A stretch of DNA of 64,000 nt, from NCBI GenBank assembly GCA_023269085.1, contig JAHFML010000002.1:65266-129265 (forward strand). Reading direction: 5' to 3'. The notes beneath the pieces are model-generated. The model did no database searches. It was not told the DNA's origin and saw nothing but the letters and a program-made list of their open reading frames with translations. Position numbers and translations under genes: made by a program. Positions 1-9,171 of this stretch are shown here, piece after piece (the stretch's first letter is position 1; each line of letters starts with the position of its first letter). This stretch comes from a bacterium (GTDB lineage Bacteria; Patescibacteriota; Minisyncoccia; Phycocordibacterales; Phycocordibacteraceae).

Positions 1-396
1 GCGCACCACGGGCTCTTCGCGGTAGAGGTCGCGGGTGAGCGCGACGAGCGCGCGGATGACGACCGCGTCGGCGATAGCACGGTCGCTCCCCATCGCGTGG
101 AATTGTATCGTCGCCTTCTTCTGCGCTGGCCGTCCGGGAGCGATGTTGGTGTGCCAGACAAAGAGCGGTTGGCGCGGCGAGGGTAACTGCTCGAAGTCGC
201 GGCACTGCCGGAGGAAGCTCGCGACCGAGAGCGCCGCCGGGTCGAGCACGAGCCCTTCAGGTAGATCAGGGCGGGCGACCTTCGCGCCGCCGCGCCGCCG
301 CGCCGTGAGCTCGGTAAGCGGGGTGAAGCCGTAATATTGGCCGATGGCGCGTGCCTTGGTGAGAAGCTCTTCGGCTGGGATCGTGTCGCGCGTCAT
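1..396 (-). CDS. Partial CDS running off the window edge; possibly a HisS/HisZ-like tRNA-ligase paralogue
   Basis: Manual translation MTRDTIPAEELLTKARAIGQYYGFTPL...; its ATG overlaps the lepB stop (ATGA). YYGF resembles the HisS N-terminal motif. Not in the ORF track. Confidence 0.45.
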   Translation of the reverse strand, partial: MTRDTIPAEELLTKARAIGQYYGFTPLTELTARRRGGAKVARPDLPEGLVLDPAALSVASFLRQCRDFEQLPSPRQPLFVWHTNIAPGRPAQKKATIQFHAMGSDRAIADAVVIRALVALTRDLYREEPVVR

Positions 397-989
397 GAGG
401 CGGGTGAGGTGGTCGCCGTTGTTGTCGCTTCTCGTGCCATTGAATAAGTTGCCGCACCAGGGAAGAAGCCCATGAGCGAGACCGGCAAGAGGCGCAGGTC
501 GACGCGGCCGACGATGTCCCCGCGCGGCAAGACGCCCCAGATGCGGCTGTCAGAGCTGTTCGGCCTATTGTCGCCCATGACGAAATATTCGTCCGCGTTC
601 AGCGAGACGCTCTTCGTATACGTTGCGTCTTCGTTCACGATATACGGCTCGGCGAGCGTGAGGCTCTTGCCCGCGACGGTGGTGATAGTCACGAGGCCAT
701 GATTGATAGCGACCGTCTCGCCCGGGAGGCCGATGATGCGCTTGATGTAGAAGATAGAAGGGTTGCCGGGGTAACGGAAGACGATGACTTCGCCGCGTGC
801 GGGTGCCGCGAAGTTGTAGCGGAGCTCGTCGACGATGAGATAGTCGAGATTTTCGAAGGTTGGATGCATCGATTCGCCATCAACGACGAAGGGCGACACG
901 ACGAACAAGCGAATCGGTATAACGACGATGACAATGAGGAAGGCGAGGGTGAAAAGATCCTTCAGTAGACCCTTTCCAGTATCTTGCAT
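393..989 (-). CDS. lepB: Signal peptidase I
   Basis: N-terminal TM segment; GESMHPT (catalytic Ser), YIKRIIGLPGE (Lys), GDNRPNSSDSR. Confidence 0.95.
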   Translation of the reverse strand: MQDTGKGLLKDLFTLAFLIVIVVIPIRLFVVSPFVVDGESMHPTFENLDYLIVDELRYNFAAPARGEVIVFRYPGNPSIFYIKRIIGLPGETVAINHGLVTITTVAGKSLTLAEPYIVNEDATYTKSVSLNADEYFVMGDNRPNSSDSRIWGVLPRGDIVGRVDLRLLPVSLMGFFPGAATYSMAREATTTATTSPAS

Positions 990-1054
990 GCGTGCATTGT
1001 ACGCGTGTTAAAAATTGCACGCAAGTTTTTCAGCAAATGTGCTACCATGCGCGC

Positions 1055-1651
1055 ATGGCACTCGTCATTGTTGGGCTCGGGAATCCGGGGAAAGAGTACG
1101 AGAAGACGCGGCACAACGCGGGGCGAAGCGTCGTCGAGCTCGTCGCGAAGGCAGAAGCATTTGATGATTTCGTTTTTAATAAAATGAGCAATGCGCTCGT
1201 CGCGAAGGGCGCGGTCGCGGGGGAGAAGGCGACGCTCGTTTTGCCAGAGACGATGATGAATTTGTCGGGCAAGGCGGTGCTGGCGTTCGTGAAGACGCCG
1301 AAGGCCGCAGAGAAGCTGCTCGTCGTCCACGACGACCTCGATTTGCCGCTCGGCACGATCAAGATGGTTTTCGGGCGCGGGAGCGGCGGGCACAAGGGCG
1401 TCGAGAGCATTATGCGCGCGGTGAAGACCAAAGAGTTTGCACGCCTGCGTGTCGGCGTCGCACCAGCGGGGAAGAAGAATCAAGCGAAAAAATTAAAGGA
1501 TGAAGAAAAAGTCATCAAGTTCGTGATAGGGAAGTGGAAGCCCGCTGAAGAAGCCGAGGTGAAAAAAGTTTTGAAAAAAGCGGCCGAAGCCGTGCGCCTC
1601 TTCGCCGCCGACGGCATCGAGGCGGCGATGCTGTTTGCGAATACGAGGTAA
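1055..1651 (+). CDS. pth: Peptidyl-tRNA hydrolase
   Basis: VGLGNPG..Y..TRHNAG, MNLSG, HDDLDLP, GGHKG. Start moved to 1055, 6 nt after TGCTACCAT. Confidence 0.95.
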   Translation: MALVIVGLGNPGKEYEKTRHNAGRSVVELVAKAEAFDDFVFNKMSNALVAKGAVAGEKATLVLPETMMNLSGKAVLAFVKTPKAAEKLLVVHDDLDLPLGTIKMVFGRGSGGHKGVESIMRAVKTKEFARLRVGVAPAGKKNQAKKLKDEEKVIKFVIGKWKPAEEAEVKKVLKKAAEAVRLFAADGIEAAMLFANTR

Positions 1652-1676
1652 GTATCGAAGTCTGACTTCGATACTT
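1650..1676. repeat. REP-like palindrome, family B (AAGTATCGAAGTC-T-GACTTCGATACTT)
   Basis: Perfect 13-bp arms; overlaps the pth stop and sits at the 3' flank of transposase 1. Confidence 0.9.
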
Positions 1677-1680
1677 CGTG

Positions 1681-2391
1681 TCACCAAGGTTCGAGGGCTA
1701 CAGATGTTAATGACTCGTCATCGGCGTGATATTCGAGATGGCTGGCAAGCAGATCGCGCGCCTCATCCTTGAATGTTTGTACGTCTGGATAAAGCGCACG
1801 TAAGGGCTCGTGTTCGATAATCGGCGATTCTACAATCGAGAGAAACGCGGGGAGGCTGGAGAATTCATACGTGGTCGCCCAATTCCACGCATCATCAAAT
1901 TGTTCGGACGACCGCTTTAATCCGCCCGGGTATAATTCAAGCACGTTCTTGACCTGAATATAGAACGCGAGGTATCTAAGATGCGCATCTTCGGATACGG
2001 TACGACTTCGGTACGCGCCTTGGAACAGACTCCCACGCTCATCATATTTCGCGTTGAAGTGCGCAGTCATGCTTCCGAACACACGCTGCAGAAATTTCGT
2101 CGTTCCGTCTTCACGTATTTCTTCGATAAGGAGATGCACATGGTTGGGCATGAGTGTCCAAGCAAGAATATGAACAAGCGGTTCAGGTTCCGGCCACCAT
2201 TCCGGCCGGAAGAAATCATCGTGTCCCTCGACACTTTTCTTCCAGTTATCGTCATGAAAAGTGTCGTTCATGTAGAACAACAACTTTTGGAAGCGGCGTT
2301 GATCGGAGGCATCACGCGTGATATCCATACCGCGCACCCCACGCTTGGTCACATGCATAATCGAACCGATCCCATACGGCTCTACTCTCAT
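1681..2391 (-). CDS. HUH/Y1 transposase (IS200/IS605 TnpA superfamily, RAYT-like) no. 1
   Basis: HVTKRG, WTLMPNHVHLL (HUH), SLFQGAY, YI; flanked by inverted family-B palindromes; no tnpB. Confidence 0.85.
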   Translation of the reverse strand: MRVEPYGIGSIMHVTKRGVRGMDITRDASDQRRFQKLLFYMNDTFHDDNWKKSVEGHDDFFRPEWWPEPEPLVHILAWTLMPNHVHLLIEEIREDGTTKFLQRVFGSMTAHFNAKYDERGSLFQGAYRSRTVSEDAHLRYLAFYIQVKNVLELYPGGLKRSSEQFDDAWNWATTYEFSSLPAFLSIVESPIIEHEPLRALYPDVQTFKDEARDLLASHLEYHADDESLTSVALEPW

Positions 2392-2407
2392 ACAGTCAAT
2401 TGTAGCA

Positions 2408-2438
2408 CGTAGTATCGAAGTCAGACTTCGATACTACG
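2408..2438. repeat. REP-like palindrome, family B (CGTAGTATCGAAGTC-A-GACTTCGATACTACG)
   Basis: Perfect 15-bp arms; opposite orientation to the 1650 copy; supplies the last codons and TGA of the hydrolase gene. Confidence 0.9.
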
Positions 2439-3023
2439 GATATCGGCGATAAGCTCGGGAAAGGTCTCTTGGTTGAAGTGTTGGCGATCTTCGAATACGC
2501 GAGCGGTCGCGTTCGGCAGGGCGGCTTGATATTTTTGTAGTTCAGAAAATGGCACGACAGGATCATCTTTGCTGTGGTAGAGGAATACATGTCCGCTTTG
2601 TTGTTCGAAGAGTGCGAGCGAAGAAGGGGCAGCGAATTCACTCGTCATGTCTTCCATATCAGTCGAGTACGCGCCGGCGACGATGAAGGTCGCTCTGATG
2701 CGTTTCGATACCTGTTCCTCCGAGAGATAGCGAACAAGGAAGCTGGCGCCGAGCGAATGACCGACGAGAATAAGATTGTCGTCGAGAAGCGGGAGAATCT
2801 TCTTGAAGAGGAGCGCCCATTCGGCATACTGCGCGTCTGAAGCATTCGGCATACGCGGAGCGAGCACATCGTATTCTGTGCCAAGCGTTTCTTGGAGTCG
2901 AGCCTTCCAGTCTGAGTGGAATCGATAACGATCAAGATCAATCTTTCGATTCTGTAAATCAGAGAGATATGCTTCGTGGGTCAGGAATGTGTTTCCGCCA
3001 TGAATGACTACGATTTGTTGCAT
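2421..3023 (-). CDS. Alpha/beta hydrolase (RBBP9/YdeN-like)
   Basis: IHGG, GHSLGA nucleophile elbow, HSKDDPVVP, QHF. Confidence 0.85.
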   Translation of the reverse strand: MQQIVVIHGGNTFLTHEAYLSDLQNRKIDLDRYRFHSDWKARLQETLGTEYDVLAPRMPNASDAQYAEWALLFKKILPLLDDNLILVGHSLGASFLVRYLSEEQVSKRIRATFIVAGAYSTDMEDMTSEFAAPSSLALFEQQSGHVFLYHSKDDPVVPFSELQKYQAALPNATARVFEDRQHFNQETFPELIADIRSIEV

Positions 3024-3051
3024 GAGGTGAGTATAGCAGATTATTTCTTAC

Positions 3052-3078
3052 AAGTATCGAAGTCAGACTTCGTTACTT
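3052..3078. repeat. REP-like palindrome, family B (1 mismatch)
   Basis: AAGTATCGAAGTCAGACTTCGTTACTT; overlaps the rpsA stop. Confidence 0.85.
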
Positions 3079-4197
3079 CTTCTTCCCCGCGAAGGTGAGC
3101 GTCATGCGCTGATCCTTCGGCTCGAAGAGCGTGATGGTGAAGGGATACGTCCGGCCGAGCTCAAGCGTCTCGCGGAGCTCGACAGGCGAGGCGAATTCGC
3201 TCACGTGCACGAGACCTGCGACGCCCTCTTCTATCGAGGCGAGCGCGCCGTGCTTGTTGTACTTGATCACGACGCCCGGCACCTCCTTGCCCTTGCTGTA
3301 GCGGGCGGCGGCAGTGTGCCACGGATTCTCCTTGAGTGCTTTGACCGAGAGCGAGACCTTGCCCTCCTTGATCTCGATAATCTTTACGCGCAACTTGTCG
3401 CCAACCTTGACGAGCGCATGCGGATCTTCGACGAGACCCCAGTCGAGCTCGCTGATGTGTACGAGGCCTTCGAGCCCGGGCTCGAGCTTCACGAAGACGC
3501 CGAAGTCGACGATACCCGTCACCTCACCGGTCGCTGCATCGCCGATCTGATACTTGTCGATGAGCGACGCCTTTTCGCCCGTGTCGTCGCCCATACGCTC
3601 GGAGAAGATGAGCTTACTCTCCTTTGCGTCGGCAGTGATGATGCGCACCGAGAGCGGATGGCCGATGAGTTGCATGAGCTCGCCCAAAATCTTGTCCTTA
3701 TCGCCCTCGGGCACGCGCGGGTAATGTTCGCTCGCGAGCTGGGAGGCAGGGAGGAAGCCCTGTATGCCTTGCCAAGAGAGGATGAGGCCGCCCTTGTTGG
3801 CCTCTTCGACCATGAGCGAATACGGCGTCTGCGCGACGATAGCCTGCTCGGCCTCGCCCCAGAGTGCCGCTTGGCGCGCCTCCTTGAGCGAGAGCTCGAT
3901 ATAGCCGTCGCGACCCGCGGGGTCGACGACTTTCGCGCTTATCGTGTCGCCCGGGTTCGCCTTGCGGAGCACATCGGCGGCGTTCAGATATTCGCGGCCA
4001 TAGATGAGCCCAGAGCCAAAGGGTGGCAGGTCGACATACACGCGCCCGCGGCTGATAGCGATGATAGTACCCTCGACGAGATCGCCCTCCTTGGGCGGCA
4101 TCGGGATGGCGTCGAGCAGGTCGGCCATAGGGTGACCTTCTGCCAAGTGGATAGTGACGACTGGAGCCGCAACCTTCTTTTCCTTCTCTTCTGACAT
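3073..4197 (-). CDS. rpsA: 30S ribosomal protein S1 (about 4 S1 domains)
   Basis: Repeated S1 motifs: GFLPASQL, FGVFVKL..GLEGLVHISEL, GLVHVSE. Confidence 0.9.
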   Translation of the reverse strand: MSEEKEKKVAAPVVTIHLAEGHPMADLLDAIPMPPKEGDLVEGTIIAISRGRVYVDLPPFGSGLIYGREYLNAADVLRKANPGDTISAKVVDPAGRDGYIELSLKEARQAALWGEAEQAIVAQTPYSLMVEEANKGGLILSWQGIQGFLPASQLASEHYPRVPEGDKDKILGELMQLIGHPLSVRIITADAKESKLIFSERMGDDTGEKASLIDKYQIGDAATGEVTGIVDFGVFVKLEPGLEGLVHISELDWGLVEDPHALVKVGDKLRVKIIEIKEGKVSLSVKALKENPWHTAAARYSKGKEVPGVVIKYNKHGALASIEEGVAGLVHVSEFASPVELRETLELGRTYPFTITLFEPKDQRMTLTFAGKKK

Positions 4198-4233
4198 ATA
4201 TATAAGCGGCGCGGATTTTCCGAGGCGGTTCTG

Positions 4234-4252
4234 TCCAAGGTCGAACCTTGGA
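4234..4252. repeat. REP-like palindrome, family A (TCCAAGGT-CGA-ACCTTGGA)
   Basis: Perfect 8-bp arms; lies in the probable rpsA 5' leader. Confidence 0.9.
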
Positions 4253-4315
4253 ATGCAGGGTTAGCCGACTCCTACTTCTTCGCACGCGATGAGGGGAGTG
4301 TAGCACAGAGCGTAT

Positions 4316-4346
4316 AAAAGCTAAAGGACCTTCTTGACGAAGGTCC
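4316..4346 (-). terminator. Probable intrinsic terminator
   Basis: Minus strand GGACCTTC-GTCAA-GAAGGTCC followed by TTTAGCTTTT. Confidence 0.55.
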
Positions 4347-4369
4347 AGTCCTATAGAGCCGGTTGTTGG

Positions 4370-4447
4370 TCAGGTCGCCGCCGCGCCCAGGGTGGTCAGG
4401 CTGGCCATAGTCGGAGGCCCCGTGAGGCCGAAGCTAGAAGTGCGCAT
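4370..4447 (-). CDS. Putative 25-aa small ORF, or sRNA
   Basis: AAGGAG SD, then MRTSSFGLTGPPTMASLTTLGAAAT*; TGCTATAGT -10 upstream and terminator downstream. Confidence 0.3.
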   Translation of the reverse strand: MRTSSFGLTGPPTMASLTTLGAAAT

Positions 4448-4568
4448 GTCGTTCTCCTTGAACGATTGAGGGCGGGTTTGCAGACGCGCCTACCAAACAA
4501 AAACAATCGGAAAGAGCGTCTGCAGGGACTATAGCAGAACGGGTGAGAAAATGGTAGACTATTCCCAT

Positions 4569-5210
4569 ATGGTCATCACGCATCACGGCGGGCAGTGCTT
4601 CAAGGTGACGCTCGGCGACCTCACGCTCGTCTTCGATCCCATCGCGAAGGGCGGCACGCTCCCGCCCGTGCGCTTCGGCGCGGACATCGCACTCGTCTCG
4701 CGCGATCACCCTGACATGAACGGCGTCGCTGAAGTCGCGTATGGCGACAAAGTGCCCTTCGCCATAACCGGCCCCGGCGAATACGAGAAGCAAGGCGTCG
4801 TTATCCAAGGCTTCTTGTCGCACAGCAAATACGGGCTCGCGAAGGGGCAGGAGCAGGCCGTCAACACCATATATAGTGTCGAGCTCGAGGACATGACGCT
4901 CGTGCATCTCGGCGCGCTCGCAGAGCCGGAGCTCTCGAAGGAGGCGCGCGAAGGGCTCGGCGAGATCGATGTACTCTTCGTGCCAGTCGGCGGTGATGGT
5001 GTCCTCACACCGGCGCAGGCGCACGAGCTCGCCGTCTCGCTCGAGCCGAAGATAATCATCCCGATGCATTGGGACGGTCTTGGCGCGCCGCAGTCGCTCG
5101 ACATGTTCTTGAAAGAAGCGGGGAACGGGAGCGAGCGCGTCGATAAGTTGACCCTGAAGAAAAAGGATCTTATCGGCCGCGATGGGAGTATACTGGTGGT
5201 AACCCAATAA
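4569..5210 (+). CDS. MBL-fold metallo-hydrolase (Lactamase_B_3-like)
   Basis: HHGGQCF, FDP, SRDHPDMN (degenerate HxHxDH), GPGEYE, PVGG, IIPMHW. Confidence 0.8.
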   Translation: MVITHHGGQCFKVTLGDLTLVFDPIAKGGTLPPVRFGADIALVSRDHPDMNGVAEVAYGDKVPFAITGPGEYEKQGVVIQGFLSHSKYGLAKGQEQAVNTIYSVELEDMTLVHLGALAEPELSKEAREGLGEIDVLFVPVGGDGVLTPAQAHELAVSLEPKIIIPMHWDGLGAPQSLDMFLKEAGNGSERVDKLTLKKKDLIGRDGSILVVTQ

Positions 5211-5214
5211 TTTT

Positions 5215-5556
5215 ATGAAAACAATCTTCCAACACATTGATACAGTCCGCGAGAAGCCGCATCACGTACGCAAGCAGATTGCCTTCGGTCTTGCCGGCGG
5301 TATCACCACTATCATCGCGCTCGTGTGGCTCACCGCGAGTGCGGCGACCGGCACCTTCGCTATCAAGACACCGACATTCCCCGGTGCAGAGGCGCAGCCA
5401 GCTGTCATAACGACGACGCCTGAGGGTAACCCGAATCTCGCTGGCGCCGCCGCCGCGACCGACAAGAAATCCCCGATACACATCGAGATCGTCAATACCG
5501 CGACAACAACGCCCGTTGACCCGAGGGGCGCCGAGCAGACCGTTCTCCCATTCTAG
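5215..5556 (+). CDS. Hypothetical single-TM membrane protein
   Basis: Basic N-terminus, TM segment and Thr/Pro-rich tail; fills the gap before gyrA. Confidence 0.65.
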   Translation: MKTIFQHIDTVREKPHHVRKQIAFGLAGGITTIIALVWLTASAATGTFAIKTPTFPGAEAQPAVITTTPEGNPNLAGAAAATDKKSPIHIEIVNTATTTPVDPRGAEQTVLPF

Positions 5557-5574
5557 TTTCGAGAGATATTCATC

Positions 5575-8052
5575 ATGGCACGTGGGAAGGAAGATATGAA
5601 TAAAGACGCACCGACGCCAGTCGTGGTGAACATCATCGACCAGCCGATTGTTGCCGAGATGCGCACCTCGTATATCGACTATGCCATGTCGGTCATCACG
5701 AACCGCGCCCTGCCCGACGTGCGCGATGGATTGAAGCCGGTGCATCGCCGCATCCTCTACGCGATGAAGGAGCTCGGCCTCATGCCAGGAGCGAAGTTTA
5801 GGAAGAGCGCGCTCGTGGTCGGCGACGTGCTCGGTAAGTATCACCCGCACGGCGACATCGCCGTCTACGACTCGATGACGAAGATGGCGCAGGAGTTCTC
5901 GCATCGTTACCCGCTCGTTCTCGGTCAAGGCAACTTCGGATCTATCGACGGCGACTCACCGGCCGCGATGCGCTACACCGAGGCCAAACTCTCGCGCGTT
6001 GCCGAGGCCTTGCTCGCCGACCTCGACAAAGAGACTGTCGCCTGGAACCCGAACTATGACGCGACGCGCGACGAGCCCTCGGTGCTCCCCTCGGCGCTCC
6101 CGAACTTGCTCTTGAACGGGACACTCGGCATTGCGGTCGGCATGGCGACCAATATCCCGCCGCACAACCTGCGCGAGGTCGTCGCCGCGACGGTGCATCT
6201 CATCGAGAATCCAGACGCGACGACCGAGGATCTGCTCCAATTCGTCAAGGGCCCCGACTTCCCGCTCGGGGGTGTCGCCTTCAATCAGGCCGACATCCGC
6301 CATGCATATAGCTCGGGCAAGGGGCCGGTGGTCGTGCGCGGCGAGGCCGAGATAGTCGATGACGGCAAGAAGGACACGAAGATCATCATCACCTCGATCC
6401 CGTACCGCGTGAACAAGAGCGACATGATAGCGCGCATCGCCGATCTCGTACAGGAGAAGAAGATCGAGGGCATCCGCGACTTGCGCGACGAGTCGACAAG
6501 CGACATCCGCGTCGTCGTCGAGCTGAAGGGCACGGCGCATCCGCAGGCCGTTTTGAATGCGCTCTACAAGCACACCGAGCTTGAGAGCACCTTCCACTAC
6601 AACATGCTCGCGCTTGTCGAGGGCGTCCCCGAGATGCTCTCGCTCCAAGGGATGCTCACGCATTTCGTCGCGCATCGGCAGGAGGTGGTGAAGCGCCGCA
6701 CCGAGTTCGACTTGCGCCAAGCCGAGGCGCGCGAGCACATCCTCCTCGGCCTCTGCAAGGCGCTCGATCATATCGACGAAGTCATCGCGATAATCAAGAA
6801 GTCGGCTGATGTCCCGACGGCGAGCCAAGCGCTCCAGAAGAAATTCGGTTTTTCAATACTCCAAGCCGCCGCTATCCTCGAGATGCGTCTCTCCAAGCTC
6901 GCTGGCCTCGAACGCAAGAAGCTTGAGGACGAGCTCACCGAAGTGCAGGCTTTGATAAAGAAACTGAAAGAGATTCTCTCATCGGCGAAGAATATTCTCG
7001 CGGTGGTGAAGAGCGAGCTCGAGGAGTTGGCGCAGAAGTATGGCGACGATCGGCGCACGCGCATCGTGAAGGGCGGCGTGCAGAATATCTCGGTCGAGGA
7101 TCTCGTCCCCGACGAAGACTCGATGCTCCTTCTCACCCAAGGCGGCTATGTGAAGCGCACCAACCCTGACGAATACAAGAGCCAGAAGCGCGGTGGCGTG
7201 GGCGTCGTCGACATTGCGACCAAGGAGGAGGACGCGGTCACGCACTTCCTCGTTACGTCGGCGCACAGCGACCTACTCTTCTTCACCGACTTCGGCAAGG
7301 CGTATCAGATAAAAATGTATGAATTGCCCGAGGGGCGCCGTGCGACCAAGGGCAAGAGCATCATGAACTTCCTCTCGCTCGCGGGTGAAGAGAAGGTGAC
7401 CTCTATTCTGCCGGTTCCCAAAGGAGCCGCACTCGATGCGACGACGGTCGTCTTCGTGACCGAGCAGGGTGTGGTCAAGCGCGTCGCGGCCAAGGCCTTC
7501 GCGGATGTCCGCCGCTCGGGCATCATCGCAATAAATCTGAAGGACGGCGACAAGCTTGTGTCGGCCCATCGCGCGAATGAGGGCGACACGGTCTCGATAG
7601 TCACGGCGAAAGGGCAGTCGATCCGCTTCGACGTCGAGGAGACGCGCGAGATGGGTCGCACCGCGGGCGGGGTCAAGGGCATGAGCGTCAAGAAGGGCGA
7701 CCGCGTCGTCTCGGCCGAGGTTGTCCCTGCCGAGAAGGCGAAGGGCGCGTCACTCCTTGTCATTATGAGTAAGGGTTACGGCAAGCGCACGAAGATGAGC
7801 GAATATAAGGTACAAGGCCGCGGCGGCTCCGGTATCAAGACCGCCGATGTCACGCCGAAGACAGGCGAGATCATCGGCGCGAAGGTGGTCACGACAGACC
7901 TCGACGACGAAGAGATCGTCGTCATCTCGAAGAAGGGGCAGGTTATCCGCACGGGCGTCGCGACCATTTCGCTCCTCTCGCGCGCGACGCAGGGCGTCCG
8001 CATCATGCGCCTCTATGAGGGCGACAGTATCGCCTCCCTCGCCGCGCTGTAA
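5575..8052 (+). CDS. gyrA: DNA gyrase subunit A
   Basis: [29 protein letters not shown], GyrA-box QKRGGVG, C-terminal pinwheel repeats. Confidence 0.97.
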   Translation: MARGKEDMNKDAPTPVVVNIIDQPIVAEMRTSYIDYAMSVITNRALPDVRDGLKPVHRRILYAMKELGLMPGAKFRKSALVVGDVLGKYHPHGDIAVYDSMTKMAQEFSHRYPLVLGQGNFGSIDGDSPAAMRYTEAKLSRVAEALLADLDKETVAWNPNYDATRDEPSVLPSALPNLLLNGTLGIAVGMATNIPPHNLREVVAATVHLIENPDATTEDLLQFVKGPDFPLGGVAFNQADIRHAYSSGKGPVVVRGEAEIVDDGKKDTKIIITSIPYRVNKSDMIARIADLVQEKKIEGIRDLRDESTSDIRVVVELKGTAHPQAVLNALYKHTELESTFHYNMLALVEGVPEMLSLQGMLTHFVAHRQEVVKRRTEFDLRQAEAREHILLGLCKALDHIDEVIAIIKKSADVPTASQALQKKFGFSILQAAAILEMRLSKLAGLERKKLEDELTEVQALIKKLKEILSSAKNILAVVKSELEELAQKYGDDRRTRIVKGGVQNISVEDLVPDEDSMLLLTQGGYVKRTNPDEYKSQKRGGVGVVDIATKEEDAVTHFLVTSAHSDLLFFTDFGKAYQIKMYELPEGRRATKGKSIMNFLSLAGEEKVTSILPVPKGAALDATTVVFVTEQGVVKRVAAKAFADVRRSGIIAINLKDGDKLVSAHRANEGDTVSIVTAKGQSIRFDVEETREMGRTAGGVKGMSVKKGDRVVSAEVVPAEKAKGASLLVIMSKGYGKRTKMSEYKVQGRGGSGIKTADVTPKTGEIIGAKVVTTDLDDEEIVVISKKGQVIRTGVATISLLSRATQGVRIMRLYEGDSIASLAAL

Positions 8053-8057
8053 TTTTG

Positions 8058-8076
8058 TCCAAGGTTCGACCTTGGA
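8058..8076. repeat. REP-like palindrome, family A
   Basis: TCCAAGGT-TCG-ACCTTGGA, 5 nt after the gyrA stop. Confidence 0.9.
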
Positions 8077-8133
8077 GTCGGGCGCATTGTGTGGTATCGT
8101 GCTCCTCGTTCTAACAACCCGAGGAGTTCTTTC

Positions 8134-8409
8134 ATGAGACTTGGATATTTAATCATTTCCCCGAACGGATGTTCTTGTAACGTTCTTACGGAAGCGCCAG
8201 AAGGTGTCACGGTTGATTTGGAAGGTGGGAAGTGGAGATACGAATACGCTCACCACAAACAGGACGAGTTAATCGGCCATGGGTGCTATTTCGACAGGAC
8301 ATGGTCAGGCATGCTCATTGGTGTTTATGACCTCGACAATACTAAGCAGATCAACTCGATGGTTCGTGATGCCGTTGAGGCGCACAATGACCGTTCGGAT
8401 GCCGATTGA
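8134..8409 (+). CDS. Hypothetical protein bracketed by family-A palindromes
   Basis: GAGGAG SD before ATG 8134; own terminator; lower GC than neighbours. Confidence 0.55.
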   Translation: MRLGYLIISPNGCSCNVLTEAPEGVTVDLEGGKWRYEYAHHKQDELIGHGCYFDRTWSGMLIGVYDLDNTKQINSMVRDAVEAHNDRSDAD

Positions 8410-8436
8410 TGTTGGTTTGACACCCGTTTTTATTCT

Positions 8437-8470
8437 GCGCGCACCTCTGGTGCGCGCGGTTTTCGTTTTT
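8437..8470 (+). terminator. Intrinsic terminator
   Basis: GCGCGCACC-TCT-GGTGCGCGC followed by a T-rich tract. Confidence 0.7.
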
Positions 8471-8471
8471 G

Positions 8472-8490
8472 TCCAAGGTTCGACCTTGGA
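8472..8490. repeat. REP-like palindrome, family A
   Basis: TCCAAGGT-TCG-ACCTTGGA abutting the transposase 2 stop codon. Confidence 0.9.
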
Positions 8491-9150
8491 TTAATCAGGG
8501 GCGTAGGTAAGCCACTCGGTGACGAGCTCTTTAAACTCCATGCCAGAATCGAAATATCCAGGCAAGGCATTGGCGGTGAGGATGATATTCTCGGCACGCG
8601 TCTCGCCGAGATAATCGCGATAGCTTGATGGCGCGTATTGCGCGAGATATCGTTCTGCGGCCGCGCGGTCTCTGATCCCCGTCTCTTTCCATTTCTGTTC
8701 GATAATCTTCACTGGGTTGAGATGAATATACGAAACGAGATAGCGCAAATAACGGTCATCCGCGACATGAGTTGCCTTGAACTTCCCTTGGAAGAGGGAG
8801 CCGTTCCGGTCGTTCTTCTTATTGAAATACATCGTATAACCGGTAGTGAGCTTCTGCATGAACTTGCTGATGCCGCCTTCTTGAAGCTCGCGCACGAGGA
8901 GATGGAAATGGTTTGGCATAAGGCAGTACGCAGCAATCTCGACGAGCGGTTCTCCTTCTCGTTTTCCCACCAACTCGTCCAAGGTTCGACCTTGGAGTTT
9001 TAGAACGACAGGAGTGCTTTGGTTCGCAAAATAGAGAAGAGCAAGGAAGCGACGGTAGTCACTTTTGTCTAAGAAGACTTTCCGTTTCTCGGTGCCGCGA
9101 TTGTAAATGTGGTAGTACTCTTCTGGCGCGAATGCGAATGTTCGTTGCAT
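8491..9150 (-). CDS. HUH/Y1 transposase (RAYT-like) no. 2
   Basis: YYHIYNRG, YCLMPNHFHLL (HUH), LFQGKFK, YIHLNP; flanked by inverted family-A palindromes. Confidence 0.9.
   Translation of the reverse strand: MQRTFAFAPEEYYHIYNRGTEKRKVFLDKSDYRRFLALLYFANQSTPVVLKLQGRTLDELVGKREGEPLVEIAAYCLMPNHFHLLVRELQEGGISKFMQKLTTGYTMYFNKKNDRNGSLFQGKFKATHVADDRYLRYLVSYIHLNPVKIIEQKWKETGIRDRAAAERYLAQYAPSSYRDYLGETRAENIILTANALPGYFDSGMEFKELVTEWLTYAPD
8978..8996. repeat. Family-A palindrome inside the transposase 2 CDS
   Basis: TCCAAGGTTCGACCTTGGA, translated in frame as LQGRTLD. Confidence 0.9.
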
Positions 9151-9171
9151 AACACTCGAAGTGTAGCATTA

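Noticed and set aside
4370-4447. tmRNA tag reading frame
   Set aside because: There are no tRNA-like ends (GGGG 5', T-arm/CCA 3'), and the ORF has its own SD and ATG.
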